Below are positions 9,366 to 19,800 of a DNA stretch of 64,000 bases, one piece after another. The stretch is taken from NCBI GenBank assembly GCA_016794465.1, contig JAEUKA010000024.1, forward strand, positions 7,511 to 71,510. The letters are read 5' to 3'. Within the stretch, counting starts at the first letter, position 1, and each line of letters opens with the position of its first letter. Made by a program: the position numbers and the translations under genes. The notes beneath the pieces were generated by a model. That model was not told where the DNA came from, did not search any database, and saw only the letters and a program-made list of their open reading frames with translations. This DNA is from Myxococcales bacterium. Its GTDB lineage: Bacteria > Myxococcota_A > Polyangia > Palsa-1104 > JAEUJZ01.

Positions 9366-9911
9366 GTGAAGTCCATTCAACAACTGATCCCGCGTTCTCG
9401 CGTCAATTTGAGTTACCACACCATGGTCGAAGGGCAGCTTAGGGAAGTGGAATTGCCCTTCCGCGTGATCGTTCTGGCCGACCTGTCTCATGGATCGTCC
9501 ACCGACCGCGAGCTGGACATGGAGACGCGTCGCCTGCGAAATCTCGACGGAAAGAACATCGATGAGTTGATGGCCAATATGAAGATCACGCTGAGCCTCA
9601 AAGCAAAGAACTTCATCGATCCCGAAGCCGAGCAGCTCCCAGTCGAGGTTCCCATCAAGGACCGTAAGTCGTTTAATCCTGCGGAGGTCGCAAACGCGGT
9701 GCCGCAGATTCGCGCCCTGCTGCTGCTGCGCAAGCTGCTGCTTGAGATGCAAGCTCAGGTTGATAACCGCAAGGAAGTGCGCAACCTCATGCAGCAGGTG
9801 TTCGCCAACAAGGAAGAGCTTGCTCAGCTCCGCAAGGAACTGGAACCGTACGCCGGTTATCGCCTGCCAGCTCGTAAGGAGCTCGCCCCAGCGAGCGCAC
9901 CAGTCACCTAA
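9366..9911 (+). CDS. tssB: T6SS contractile sheath small subunit TssB (VipA/ImpB)
   Basis: 181 aa; LPFRVIVLADLS motif typical of TssB; GTG start with RBS. Confidence 0.85.
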   Translation: MKSIQQLIPRSRVNLSYHTMVEGQLREVELPFRVIVLADLSHGSSTDRELDMETRRLRNLDGKNIDELMANMKITLSLKAKNFIDPEAEQLPVEVPIKDRKSFNPAEVANAVPQIRALLLLRKLLLEMQAQVDNRKEVRNLMQQVFANKEELAQLRKELEPYAGYRLPARKELAPASAPVT

Positions 9912-9982
9912 CGCAGGGAATGGGCACGACCATTTGAACAGCTGTCGACCTAGTCGGCTGACCATTTGTAAAGGAGAACACC

Positions 9983-11470
9983 ATGGCTGAAACCCAGATT
10001 GCTAAGGAGCCGCGCATCTTGAGTCGGCTCCTCGAAGCCGCTCAGCTTGACAAGCAAGTCAAGAGCCTGACCCCCATGATCAAGGACCGCTTTGTCGCCA
10101 GCCGTGAAGACGTGTCGGACGAGGAAAGACTGCTGTCCGGTCTCGCGGCGATCCTCTACAACCTGGATGAGTCCCAGGAGAAGTACGAGAAGGGCAAGGT
10201 CCTCGACATCGTACGCCGCATTGATCAGACGATCAATGATCAGCTAAATGACATCTTGCATCATCCTACGTTTCAGGATCTTGAAGCGACCTGGCGCGGC
10301 ATCAACGGCTTGGTAGAAAATACGAACTTCGATTCAAACATCCAAATTGCGCTCCTTGATGTCAGCAAAGAAGAGCTCCATCAGGACTTCGACTCGAACT
10401 CGACTGACGTCTTCAGTGGGGCGCTGTTTAGCAAGGTGTACAAGACAGAGTACGATCAGTACGGCGGCAAGCCCTATGGCTGCATGATCGGCCTGTACGA
10501 GTTTAGCACCAACCCATCGGATCTATTCTGGCTGCGCAACATGTCTAAGGTAGCCGCAGCTGCCCACGCTCCCTTTGTCACCGCGGCGAATGCAGCATTC
10601 TTTGGCTGTAAATCGATTGAGGAGGTCGAGGCGATTCGGGACCTCGACGGTGTATTTAACCAGCCGCAGTTCGGACAATGGCAAGCACTTCGCGACACGC
10701 CAGAGGCATCCTACGTCGGACTTGCATTCCCGCGCTATGTGGTGCGACTGCCCTGGAACCCAGAGACAAATCAGAGCCCAGGCCTCCAGTTCACAGAGGT
10801 GACCACGGGTCAGCGTGACAAATATCTGTGGGGCAACTCTGCACTGCTCCTTGGACGCAACCTGATCCGCTCGTTCGAGCAGTCTGGATGGTGTCAGTAC
10901 ATTCGCGGCCCAGCGGGTGGCGGTCAGATCAAGGGACTCCCTGTGGACACCTTCAACGTCCGGGGCGAGCAGGAAGTCCGGATTCCGGTGGAGATGTATA
11001 TTCCGGACTACCGCGAGCTAGAGTTTGCACGAAACGGCATCAGCTCGTTGGTCCATCGCAAGGGAACGGCGGAAGCCGTGTTCTTCAGCGTTCCTGCCAT
11101 TAAGGCGCCGAAGGAATTCCGCGACCCGAAGGACACCGAGAACTCTCAACTGGTGGCCAACCTGGCCTACACGTTCTCTGTCTCGCGCATCGCTCACTAC
11201 TTCAAGAGCATCGTCCGCGACAACATTGGTGACAACTCCGATGCGAAGTCGCTCAAGGAGCAGCTGACAGCGTGGCTGGAGCAGTACATCACCAAGTCGG
11301 TGAGTCCCAATGATGCGACGATGCGTCGCTTCCCCTTCAAGGCTGCAGAGGTTCAGGTCGAGCCAGTGCCAGGACGAATCGGATACTACGACTGCAAGGT
11401 CGCCATCCTGCCGCACAGTCTGTTCGAAGGGATGGACATCGAGTTGCGGCTCGATTCGCGCCTCGGTTAA
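9983..11470 (+). CDS. tssC: T6SS contractile sheath large subunit TssC (VipB/ImpC)
   Basis: 495 aa; conserved TssC blocks (DLFWLRNMSKVAAAAHAPF, RYVVRLPW, ARNGIS); AAGGAG RBS. Confidence 0.9.
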   Translation: MAETQIAKEPRILSRLLEAAQLDKQVKSLTPMIKDRFVASREDVSDEERLLSGLAAILYNLDESQEKYEKGKVLDIVRRIDQTINDQLNDILHHPTFQDLEATWRGINGLVENTNFDSNIQIALLDVSKEELHQDFDSNSTDVFSGALFSKVYKTEYDQYGGKPYGCMIGLYEFSTNPSDLFWLRNMSKVAAAAHAPFVTAANAAFFGCKSIEEVEAIRDLDGVFNQPQFGQWQALRDTPEASYVGLAFPRYVVRLPWNPETNQSPGLQFTEVTTGQRDKYLWGNSALLLGRNLIRSFEQSGWCQYIRGPAGGGQIKGLPVDTFNVRGEQEVRIPVEMYIPDYRELEFARNGISSLVHRKGTAEAVFFSVPAIKAPKEFRDPKDTENSQLVANLAYTFSVSRIAHYFKSIVRDNIGDNSDAKSLKEQLTAWLEQYITKSVSPNDATMRRFPFKAAEVQVEPVPGRIGYYDCKVAILPHSLFEGMDIELRLDSRLG

Positions 11471-11556
11471 GCAAGAGAGACGGACCGCGTTGGAGCACGG
11501 AGACGCGGTCAGCACAAAATTGAATCAGAAACACGAGCACACAGAAGGAGTTAGGA

Positions 11557-12159
11557 ATGTTTGTATTTAATAAGCAACTCTCACCTGAGCAGGCCATCAA
11601 TCACAAGCCAAACTCGAAGGCCCCTTTTGGTTATATGGTCAAGATGGATCTGACTGGTGCCACCCCCACGACACCGATGATCTACTGCAAGGATCCAACG
11701 GTCGCAGCCGCAACACCCGGTGTCGAAGCAGCCGGTACCGTGAACGCAGTGGCACTGCTCACTCGACTCCGCTGGGACCTTGGCGCGACCGATCCTCTGA
11801 TCATCGAAGGCTTGGTTCCCATCGTTTTGAAGCAGGCCATGGTGTCCGCACTGTACGCAAGTCTGACGGACATTACGGTCAACTTCGGACTCCGGGTTTT
11901 TGAGTACGATCCGGTAGCAGCACAAAAGAAGTACTATCCCTGCTTCGATGCCATCACTCTCGTTGGCAAGATTCTCAAGGAAGGAGACCGCGAGCTGGCA
12001 ATCGAGCTCAACGACAACGATGAGCTGACGATTCAGGACAACTCCTTTTACTCTTTCTCCATCAAGGTGGTGCCGTTTGGCCTAAACCAGACCATTCTGC
12101 TGGCGGCCAAGTCGCTTGCGCCGATCACCAAGATGTGGGGCCGCACGAACGCTGTGTAG
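11557..12159 (+). CDS. Hypothetical protein in the hcp position (possible divergent tube protein TssD)
   Basis: 200 aa, strong RBS, between tssC and tssK where hcp normally sits; no clear Hcp signature, so call is positional only. Confidence 0.3.
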   Translation: MFVFNKQLSPEQAINHKPNSKAPFGYMVKMDLTGATPTTPMIYCKDPTVAAATPGVEAAGTVNAVALLTRLRWDLGATDPLIIEGLVPIVLKQAMVSALYASLTDITVNFGLRVFEYDPVAAQKKYYPCFDAITLVGKILKEGDRELAIELNDNDELTIQDNSFYSFSIKVVPFGLNQTILLAAKSLAPITKMWGRTNAV

Positions 12160-12164
12160 TACCG

Positions 12165-13409
12165 ATGAGCACCATCAAGACCGCTCCGGTGCGCTGGTTT
12201 CTCGGGCAGACTGTCCTGCCCGAGCACCTTCAGGCCTTGCAGTCCCACGGCGATGCCGTTGCAGACCTGCGCTCACGTTTCATGGGGCGCCCCTGCTACG
12301 GCGTTGCCGAGCTGTCTTGGAGTGAACCTCTGCTCGCGGATGGAGTTCTCAGCATCAGCTCGCTGACCATCATTCTTCCTGATGGTCAGGTTGTGAGTGT
12401 TCCCGGCAATGCAACCATTTCACCACTCTCTCTGCGAGCCACAGCAGCGACTCAACTACCAGTGTATTTGCACCTCACGGATGAACAGGTCGGACGCGAA
12501 GGGAATCGCGTGTATGACAAGGACCCGCGAGTGGTCGAGCGAGTTCTCCATCGCGCCTATCTGAGCATTAGCGACAAGCACGATCGCGCTGTCGGAACTC
12601 TCAAACTGGGAGATTTTCGCAAGGAAGCAGATAGCAGCTGGCGACTTGCCCCCAACTATCTGCCGCCACTTTTGCAAGTCAGTGGGGCTCCCTATCTTCA
12701 CGGGGTACTCTCAGACTTAGAAGCCCGCATTAGCAATCTAGAGCCTCAGATGGTTGGTCAGCTTCAGGACACGTTTCTGCGTCCGGAGCGCCTGCAAGCC
12801 ATGCGGAGGGCTCTCGCTTCGATGTATGAGACCCTATCGGTACTAGCAGATTTACGGCACCGAACTCCACTCGCTCCCTATGATCTGTTCTCTTTGTTGC
12901 GCAGGCTCCTACTGGAGCTATGCACGTTCCACGAAGTGGTTCCAGACCGTCCCAATCTGCCGTATCAGCATGATGATCTAGGACTCTGCTTTGGCGTCCT
13001 CCTCAGTGAATTGAATCGCCACCTGCGTCCTGTATACACACGCTCGACTCACCTTCGGTTCCTCAAGAGCAACGGTCTGTTTTCGTTGAGCGGATTACCC
13101 GAAGAAGTCAAAGACTCCCAAGAGGTCTACCTGCTCATTCAACGAGCCACACTGCACGAGCGCATTGACATCACAGAGGTGAAGGTCTCGTGTACGTCGC
13201 GACTCGCACTGGTCCATCGGTTGGTTCTGCGAGGCGTTCCATTCCGACACGTCGAGCGTCCTCCCTTTCAACATACGTTTGGCCCTGAAGTAGACTTCTA
13301 CCAGCTGCAGTCCGGGGAAGAGTGGAACCACGTTCTCCGTGAGTCCACGATCGCTTTTTATGTTCACCCGATCCTCGAGAAAGCCAACGCCTTTCTGTTC
13401 TGGCGTTAA
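12165..13409 (+). CDS. tssK: T6SS baseplate protein TssK
   Basis: N-terminal PVRWFLGQTVLPEHLQ matches TssK W-x-EGM-x-L-x-P-x-HFQ signature; ~415 aa. Confidence 0.7.
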   Translation: MSTIKTAPVRWFLGQTVLPEHLQALQSHGDAVADLRSRFMGRPCYGVAELSWSEPLLADGVLSISSLTIILPDGQVVSVPGNATISPLSLRATAATQLPVYLHLTDEQVGREGNRVYDKDPRVVERVLHRAYLSISDKHDRAVGTLKLGDFRKEADSSWRLAPNYLPPLLQVSGAPYLHGVLSDLEARISNLEPQMVGQLQDTFLRPERLQAMRRALASMYETLSVLADLRHRTPLAPYDLFSLLRRLLLELCTFHEVVPDRPNLPYQHDDLGLCFGVLLSELNRHLRPVYTRSTHLRFLKSNGLFSLSGLPEEVKDSQEVYLLIQRATLHERIDITEVKVSCTSRLALVHRLVLRGVPFRHVERPPFQHTFGPEVDFYQLQSGEEWNHVLRESTIAFYVHPILEKANAFLFWR

Positions 13410-13420
13410 CCGGAGCGTCG

Positions 13421-13807
13421 ATGTCGTTCCTCAACCGCTTTCTCCCAGAAAAACCTCAAGACGACGAGTTCCGGAGTGTCGTCCGGAATCTCCTGTATCT
13501 ACTCAACTCACGCCGCGGATTCGGATCACTTTTATGCAGCTTCGGAGCTGCCGACTACCTTCGCGACTTGAGTGGACGGACGACGGCACAAACACTGCTT
13601 CGTGAAATCACAGATACCATTCAGATCTACGAACCGCGGCTGCGGGTCCTCAGTCTGAAGACGGTAGGACGTGACAGTGCGTTACGACTCTTTATCGAGC
13701 TGCGCGGGACACTCCTCCTAAACTACTGGGGCGTTCCCTGTCGGCTTCTCATCCTTTTCCACATGCCAACGGGCGCCGTGACCATTGAGGGGAGCGATGG
13801 ATCGTAA
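13421..13807 (+). CDS. tssE: T6SS baseplate protein TssE (gp25-like)
   Basis: 128 aa; VRNLLYLLNSRRG gp25/TssE-like block. Confidence 0.7.
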   Translation: MSFLNRFLPEKPQDDEFRSVVRNLLYLLNSRRGFGSLLCSFGAADYLRDLSGRTTAQTLLREITDTIQIYEPRLRVLSLKTVGRDSALRLFIELRGTLLLNYWGVPCRLLILFHMPTGAVTIEGSDGS

Positions 13808-16800
13808 ATCGTTCGGGAAGGAGCCACCAACGCTTGATGAGGAGCTAGCCGGTGAGACCCCACGCTTTCACGAAAAGCTGGGATTTGTCTTCGAGATTGT
13901 CCAGGTCGTTCCGCTGATGGTCGCGCCTGGTCCGCCTCCGCCTCCGGTCGTTCTGACCGAGATGGACAACATTGAGCTGGCGACCAAGCCCCCGAACCGA
14001 CCTCCCCCTGGGGCCGTGCAGACCGGGAGTCCCATCATGCCGCCTTTCCTCGGCCAGCTCCCGCCGATCAAGATAGAGGGCCACGACATCACGTCACTGT
14101 CCGTAGACATGGCTACACACGGCTTCACCGGCCGGATGCGATTCCGGGTCTCGGAGACCAAGCTTCTCGGTGATGTGAAGGACAAGGACAAAGTCGCGAA
14201 GGCCTTTCGTAGCCAAAACATCTTGATGTTCAAGCTGTGCATACGGCCCGAGCATAGTGATCTCCGCGGACTGGCACCGCTTACTCCCGTGATGGTTCCG
14301 CAGGTCGTGACGCAGATACCGGTGCCCGTAGTCGTTCCGGTCAATGAGAGCATTCCACTGGAGCTGCAGCTACTGCAGCAGCTCCCCGCAGAGCTAGCGC
14401 TCGAACTGCAACAGCAGCGGACGCTGATCCAGCAACAGCTCCTGGTGGTGCAACAGCAGCTCCTGGTGAATCAGCAAGAGCGGATGGCGATTATGCAGGA
14501 GTCGCACCCTCCCGCAGGTTCAGTTGAAACTCCGCAGAACCTGCAGATACTCGCAAAGCAGCGCCAACTGGATCTGGCTGCCAATGCCAAGAAGCAGCAG
14601 GAGCTGATCAAGCAGCAGCAAAGATACATTGAGGAGCTGTCAAGCCTGGCGAATCCCCCAAACAACAGCGCACTGCTTGCGGCTCTCCAAAACATCGCTC
14701 CACCAGGCGTACTCCCCCCCAAGCTCGATCCGGTCATCGCGCCGATTCCGGCCATCGTAGGGACTCCGACGCTGCTGGAGCCTGGAATCTCTCCCAATGG
14801 TCCTCTGGTGCCGATTGAGATGCTGCTGACGGGAGTCATCACTTCTCATACGGTTTCCGAACATACCAGCTATGAGGCCTCCGACATCATCGTTAGTTTT
14901 CGGGAATACTGCATCGAATTTGGTGACCCTGCCCAGGCGCTATGGAAGGAACACTTTCCGATCGCACTCTACACGAACAGCTCAGTTTCGGACGTCATCA
15001 AGAAGAACGCCAATCTGCTCATCAATATCAAGGTCAAGAGCAGCCAGCTATCTCAGACTCAGGACCAGATCTTCCTCAGTCTGAACAAGCAGAATCGCCA
15101 AGCGGAACGTGCCAGCTTCTATGACTGGCTCATCTGGCGTCTGGACCAGACCGACCACACCTTGAGTTACGACTACTCCCAGAACATTTATCAAGTGTTC
15201 GAACGACCGAAGCGACCAAAGCCTTTTCAAGTCTTTGCCGCTGACATTGCCAAGATCATCACGACGCGTCCGCTGGGTCGCTTTTATCAAGAGACGCTGA
15301 TGAACGACAGCGCCCGAATCGCAACCACCCAGCCCATTCTCAACCTGCTGGCGCTGTCGCCTTTGCGTCAGGATCGGTGGTTTCACACACCGACACCACT
15401 GGAGTTCGCGACAGAGTATGCCAAGCGGTTTGCCAGCTTCAAGCAGCCATCACCTTCATTTGTACTATACTTTAAGCGATTCCCATCGCGTCCCTTCCCG
15501 CCTGGAGTAGGAATCGACTTTCATCTCGATCCGATCGATTTTCCCAATCATAAATTCGTCATTCCTAAGGATGCGAAGAAGACCAACCGCGTCACCCGGA
15601 TGCAGCTCCAGATTGAGACGACTGAGTCCGACGTCCTGCCACGATTCAAGGGAAGAAGCACCGGAATGTTCCGTTGCTCTCTTGGCGTTCACCTTCAATC
15701 CGGCCGCGATGCGGAGCCACGTCTACCAACGTATACCCAGCCTAGCTATCCGATGGAAGTCGAGGGCATCGTCTACACCATGATTGGAATGCCGGGCACG
15801 CAGGTCTGGGAAAACCAGACCGACCTTCTCACGGGCCAACAGTACTACGTCATTCAGCTTCCGGTGTTTGGTTGTCAGCAGGTCAAAACGCCGTTCGTCC
15901 CGAATCAACAGCCTGGGCAGTTCTTTTTTCCCGCATACCGCAAGGAACGCGTTCTCGTCCAGCTGTACTACGATCGCTCCGAGCTGGCTCGCTATCTAGA
16001 CTGGCGTCCTATGAATACGCTGCCCAGTCAGATTCAGGGCAACCAGCTCATGCTGGGACAGGATTTCACAAATGGGGCCAAACACACCCTCATATACGGA
16101 GGGGATGTCCCAGAATACATCATTCAGCGGCAGCGTTATAGCAGTGTCCAGTTTATTCGATTTTATCAGAGCGGAATCGAACAGAAGTCGGTTGTTCTGA
16201 CTCCCAAGGTTGACCTAGCGATTCAGCGCGCCACCTTGGCAGCGAGTCAGGCGCTTGAGATCCAGTGTGCGGGGGGAGCAGGAGCCATCGCTGGAGGAGG
16301 CGGCGGCGGTGGCGGTGGAAGCGGTGGCGGCGCGAAGGCCGAAGCGAAGTCAACGACCCGGGCTCGAGCAAAGCGAGTGAGCGGGAAGGTACAAGCCAAA
16401 ACGTCCGTACATGCGACAGCCGCCGTAGCAGCGGTCTCAACTGACTTCACCCACTCGAAGCAGATTCCGAAACCCCTGCACCGAACGCCAAGCAAGGCGA
16501 TGCCTCTGGTACAAAACGTTGGCGCTGCTCGGACCATGATGCGGCACGCTGAACAAGCCCAGGCCGAGTCGATGGGCGTCGACGTTGCAGTTGCGGAGCG
16601 TCCCAGAGATGCCGGTCCCAAGGATCTTCCTGGGCGGAAGTCTCATTCGGCGGGCAAGCACTCGCATGCTGATCGCGGCGCGGGCAAAAAGCCACCACCT
16701 CACAAGACCAAGGGAAGAGGAGGAGGCGGCGGCGGTGGCGGCAACCGGGAAGAGTTACCGCCTGCTCCCAGACCGGGTACGCCTACCGAAGGACACCCCG

Positions 16801-19800
16801 AGCAGCCGATGAACTGTCGCTTCGGCATGGACTCTGGTAGTGGCACCGCACTGGAGATGGAGAGTCCAGCTGGTGACGCAAAGCACGCCGTCCTGATCGG
16901 AAAGCAAGGCGTCACGATCGAAACCGAGGTCGCTGGGGCCAAATCGATTTTCGAGCAGCACGGGGACGCCATCTCGATTCGTTGCCGAGAATTTACCATC
17001 GACGCGGACAATATTCGCGTCCGCTCCCAGACCCACTCCAGCTATCAAAGCCTTGGGCACATGACGCTGTCGAGTCTCTCGAACATGACCGTGCAGACTC
17101 CGTCCAGTCTCAATCTCACGGCGATGAACGGAGTGACGCTCAATGCGCTGACTGTACTTATCAATGCACTCCGAACGATTCGCTTGCTCGGACTGACGGG
17201 CGGAATTGGGACATTTGCAGCAGGGCCGGGAGTGCATTCCTTCGGAGCAGAGATCAGCTCGACAGGTCTGCAAAATACAATGACCGGGGTCACGACAAAC
17301 CTGCACGGGGCAACGGTCAAGATCGGTCCGCCTCCCATGAGCTCAGGCCCGGCTGCCAGCTCTGGTTCTGACAGCGAATCAAGCGCTGGCTCGGTTGCAA
17401 ACTCCAGCTTCGACTCAAAGACTGAACAGGGCACTGACAAGGCCTCAGGGTCGCCTGCCAGTCCGCAGGCACCAAGCAATGGCGACCCGGAAACAGACAG
17501 CAAACAGCATGCGGCAGAGGTCTTCCCTTTCGATCCAGAACATGGCTTTGCGGGTCTTGGGGGTCGGATTCACCATCGCAAACACAAGCATCCCCACGGA
17601 CACAAGCATCATCACAAGCGGAATCACGGAGACCAACACCGTCCAGAGGAAGAGCACACACAGTCAACCCTGCCGATCTCACCTTTTGACAAGCCCGGAG
17701 GAGTTCCCAATTCGAGCGTCGATCCGACCGATGAGTCAGTGCCCACTACCGCAGAGGGGTCGGCACAACCAGATCACCGCGCGCAGCACCATGAGAGTTC
17801 GGGACACAGCTCAGAGTCGACGTCCCTCGGTCAAACAAGCGAAGAACCTCCGTCATCCGATGCTTCGATGGACAGTCAGGACTTAAAGCCAAAAGGACCG
17901 CCATCTGCTCGGAATTTTGTACCGTCTGGACAGCGTGATGCCCTCACCCCAATGCCTCCCAGACCGCATGAACCGCCTCGTCCTGTGCGCACAGATCCAC
18001 AAGATCCGGAGCAGACCCCGGCTCTCAAGCAGACTGTATCGGACTCCACCAGCGCTGTAGAGCAAGCGGCCGCCCGCATCGGAGCCTCTCTGTTTGGTCC
18101 TGTTGACCGGGATGGACCTGTGGCTCGTCAAAAGCCAGGCAGTCTGCGTGCACTTGCTACTGAGATCGCAAAAATCGAGGCGATTGTGTCTGCCTGTTCT
18201 TCGGGTCCGAGCAGTTCCTCCACCATTTCCTCTGCTGTGAAGCCACCCTCTGCCAGACCTTCCGACCAGGATGCAACGAAGGGTGCAAATCAGAATCCGC
18301 GAGCTGAGTACACGTCAACAAAGCCGCCAAGCCAGGTCGCAGGTTCCGACCATACGTCAGTCCGCTACTCCGTTCGCACCCCACCCGAGGATGGAACCAA
18401 TCCGCTTCAGGAGGCACCGCATCACCACGGCAGTTCGCGCATTCCTGGGGCAACGCCCCCTGCGGGTCATTCCAATAGTCATCATCGCCACTCGAAGGCG
18501 CATCATCAGCACTCGAAGGCGCATCATCAGAAGGCACACAAAATCGCTCACGACCCAAAACCCCAAACCGCAGCCACAGATCCACAGGTCTCGGCACCTG
18601 AGACAGCACAAGCGCCAACAGCTCCGGCAAGGTCATCTGAGAATCAAGTCAACGCGGGATTGCTACAAGCAGCGGGGTCTCCATCCGCGGCGCTCAGACC
18701 CACCGAGAGTGGCGATGCAGGCGCTGGTGGCAATCACGACCGAGGACTCTTGCAGCGCGGTGCCTCTGCCCAGAGCCCATTCGAAGTATTCCGCAGATTG
18801 ATCTCTCTCTTTTCTCACATGACGTGGGACGGACAAACACCGCTGGGAATGCTGCATACATTTCAATCTGCAGCGGCTGCCGCACCCCGTCCCCTCGCGG
18901 AGATGCACGAGCTACTGCTCGCATTCCAACAGAAATCTGATCATGCCGCCTGGGCTCCTAGCGTGGATTCGGAAGTTCCCCCAGAACAGCTTTTGAGTTC
19001 TCTCCAGCAATATCTGGAGGAGCTCGGACGGAATCTCCCTGCGCATGGTGCAGCAACTCCCCCAGCAGCAGCTTCGACAGCTTCGTCGTCGAATCCAGAC
19101 CGGCAGCCCGAGGACTCTGAGCCCAAACCAACGAAGCCACAGCAGCCGCAGAGCACTGAAGTCCCAGGTCTACAAGCCGCCATGGTGTCAGACCTTCTTT
19201 CCTCTCTGCAATCAGACAGTCTGGATGAACGAATCAACCGGGATCCCTCGCTGATTCCAACCGTGCTGCAAGCAACGCTGGCTGCACAAGCCGGCGCACT
19301 TACACCTGAATTGGGCGCTCCGCTGCTCGTTCTGGCGGAGTCAATCCTCGAATCACGAACCGATGTGGCGGTGCTGCTGGCATTGATGGGAACCGCTGCC
19401 CAAGCCGGGCTACTGCCGAGTGAAATCGCACCGCATGCAATCGCCGGTCAGCAACTGGCGGTACAGAGTAATCTGGATCTTGCAGAGCTGCGCGCTCAAG
19501 TTACCCAGGCCGATACTCCCGGTTCGACCCGAGATACCAAGCCCTCGGATGGTACGAACACAAATCAAAGGTACCAACCGCTGATTGATTTGGCGCTGGC
19601 AGCTGCAGACAATGGCTTCCTACCGAGATCCTCTGCTCTGACGATTGCCGAGAATCCGGGCAGCGGGCTGCTGCGCTTGCCAGAGCTGCTGGCTGTTCGG
19701 GAGGTGTTGCAGTATGCCGCACGCATTGTGGCTGGAAAGCCTCTTCCAGAACCACCAGCCGGTCCCCTCGTTCAGATTCGTAGAAACACGCTCATATCGA

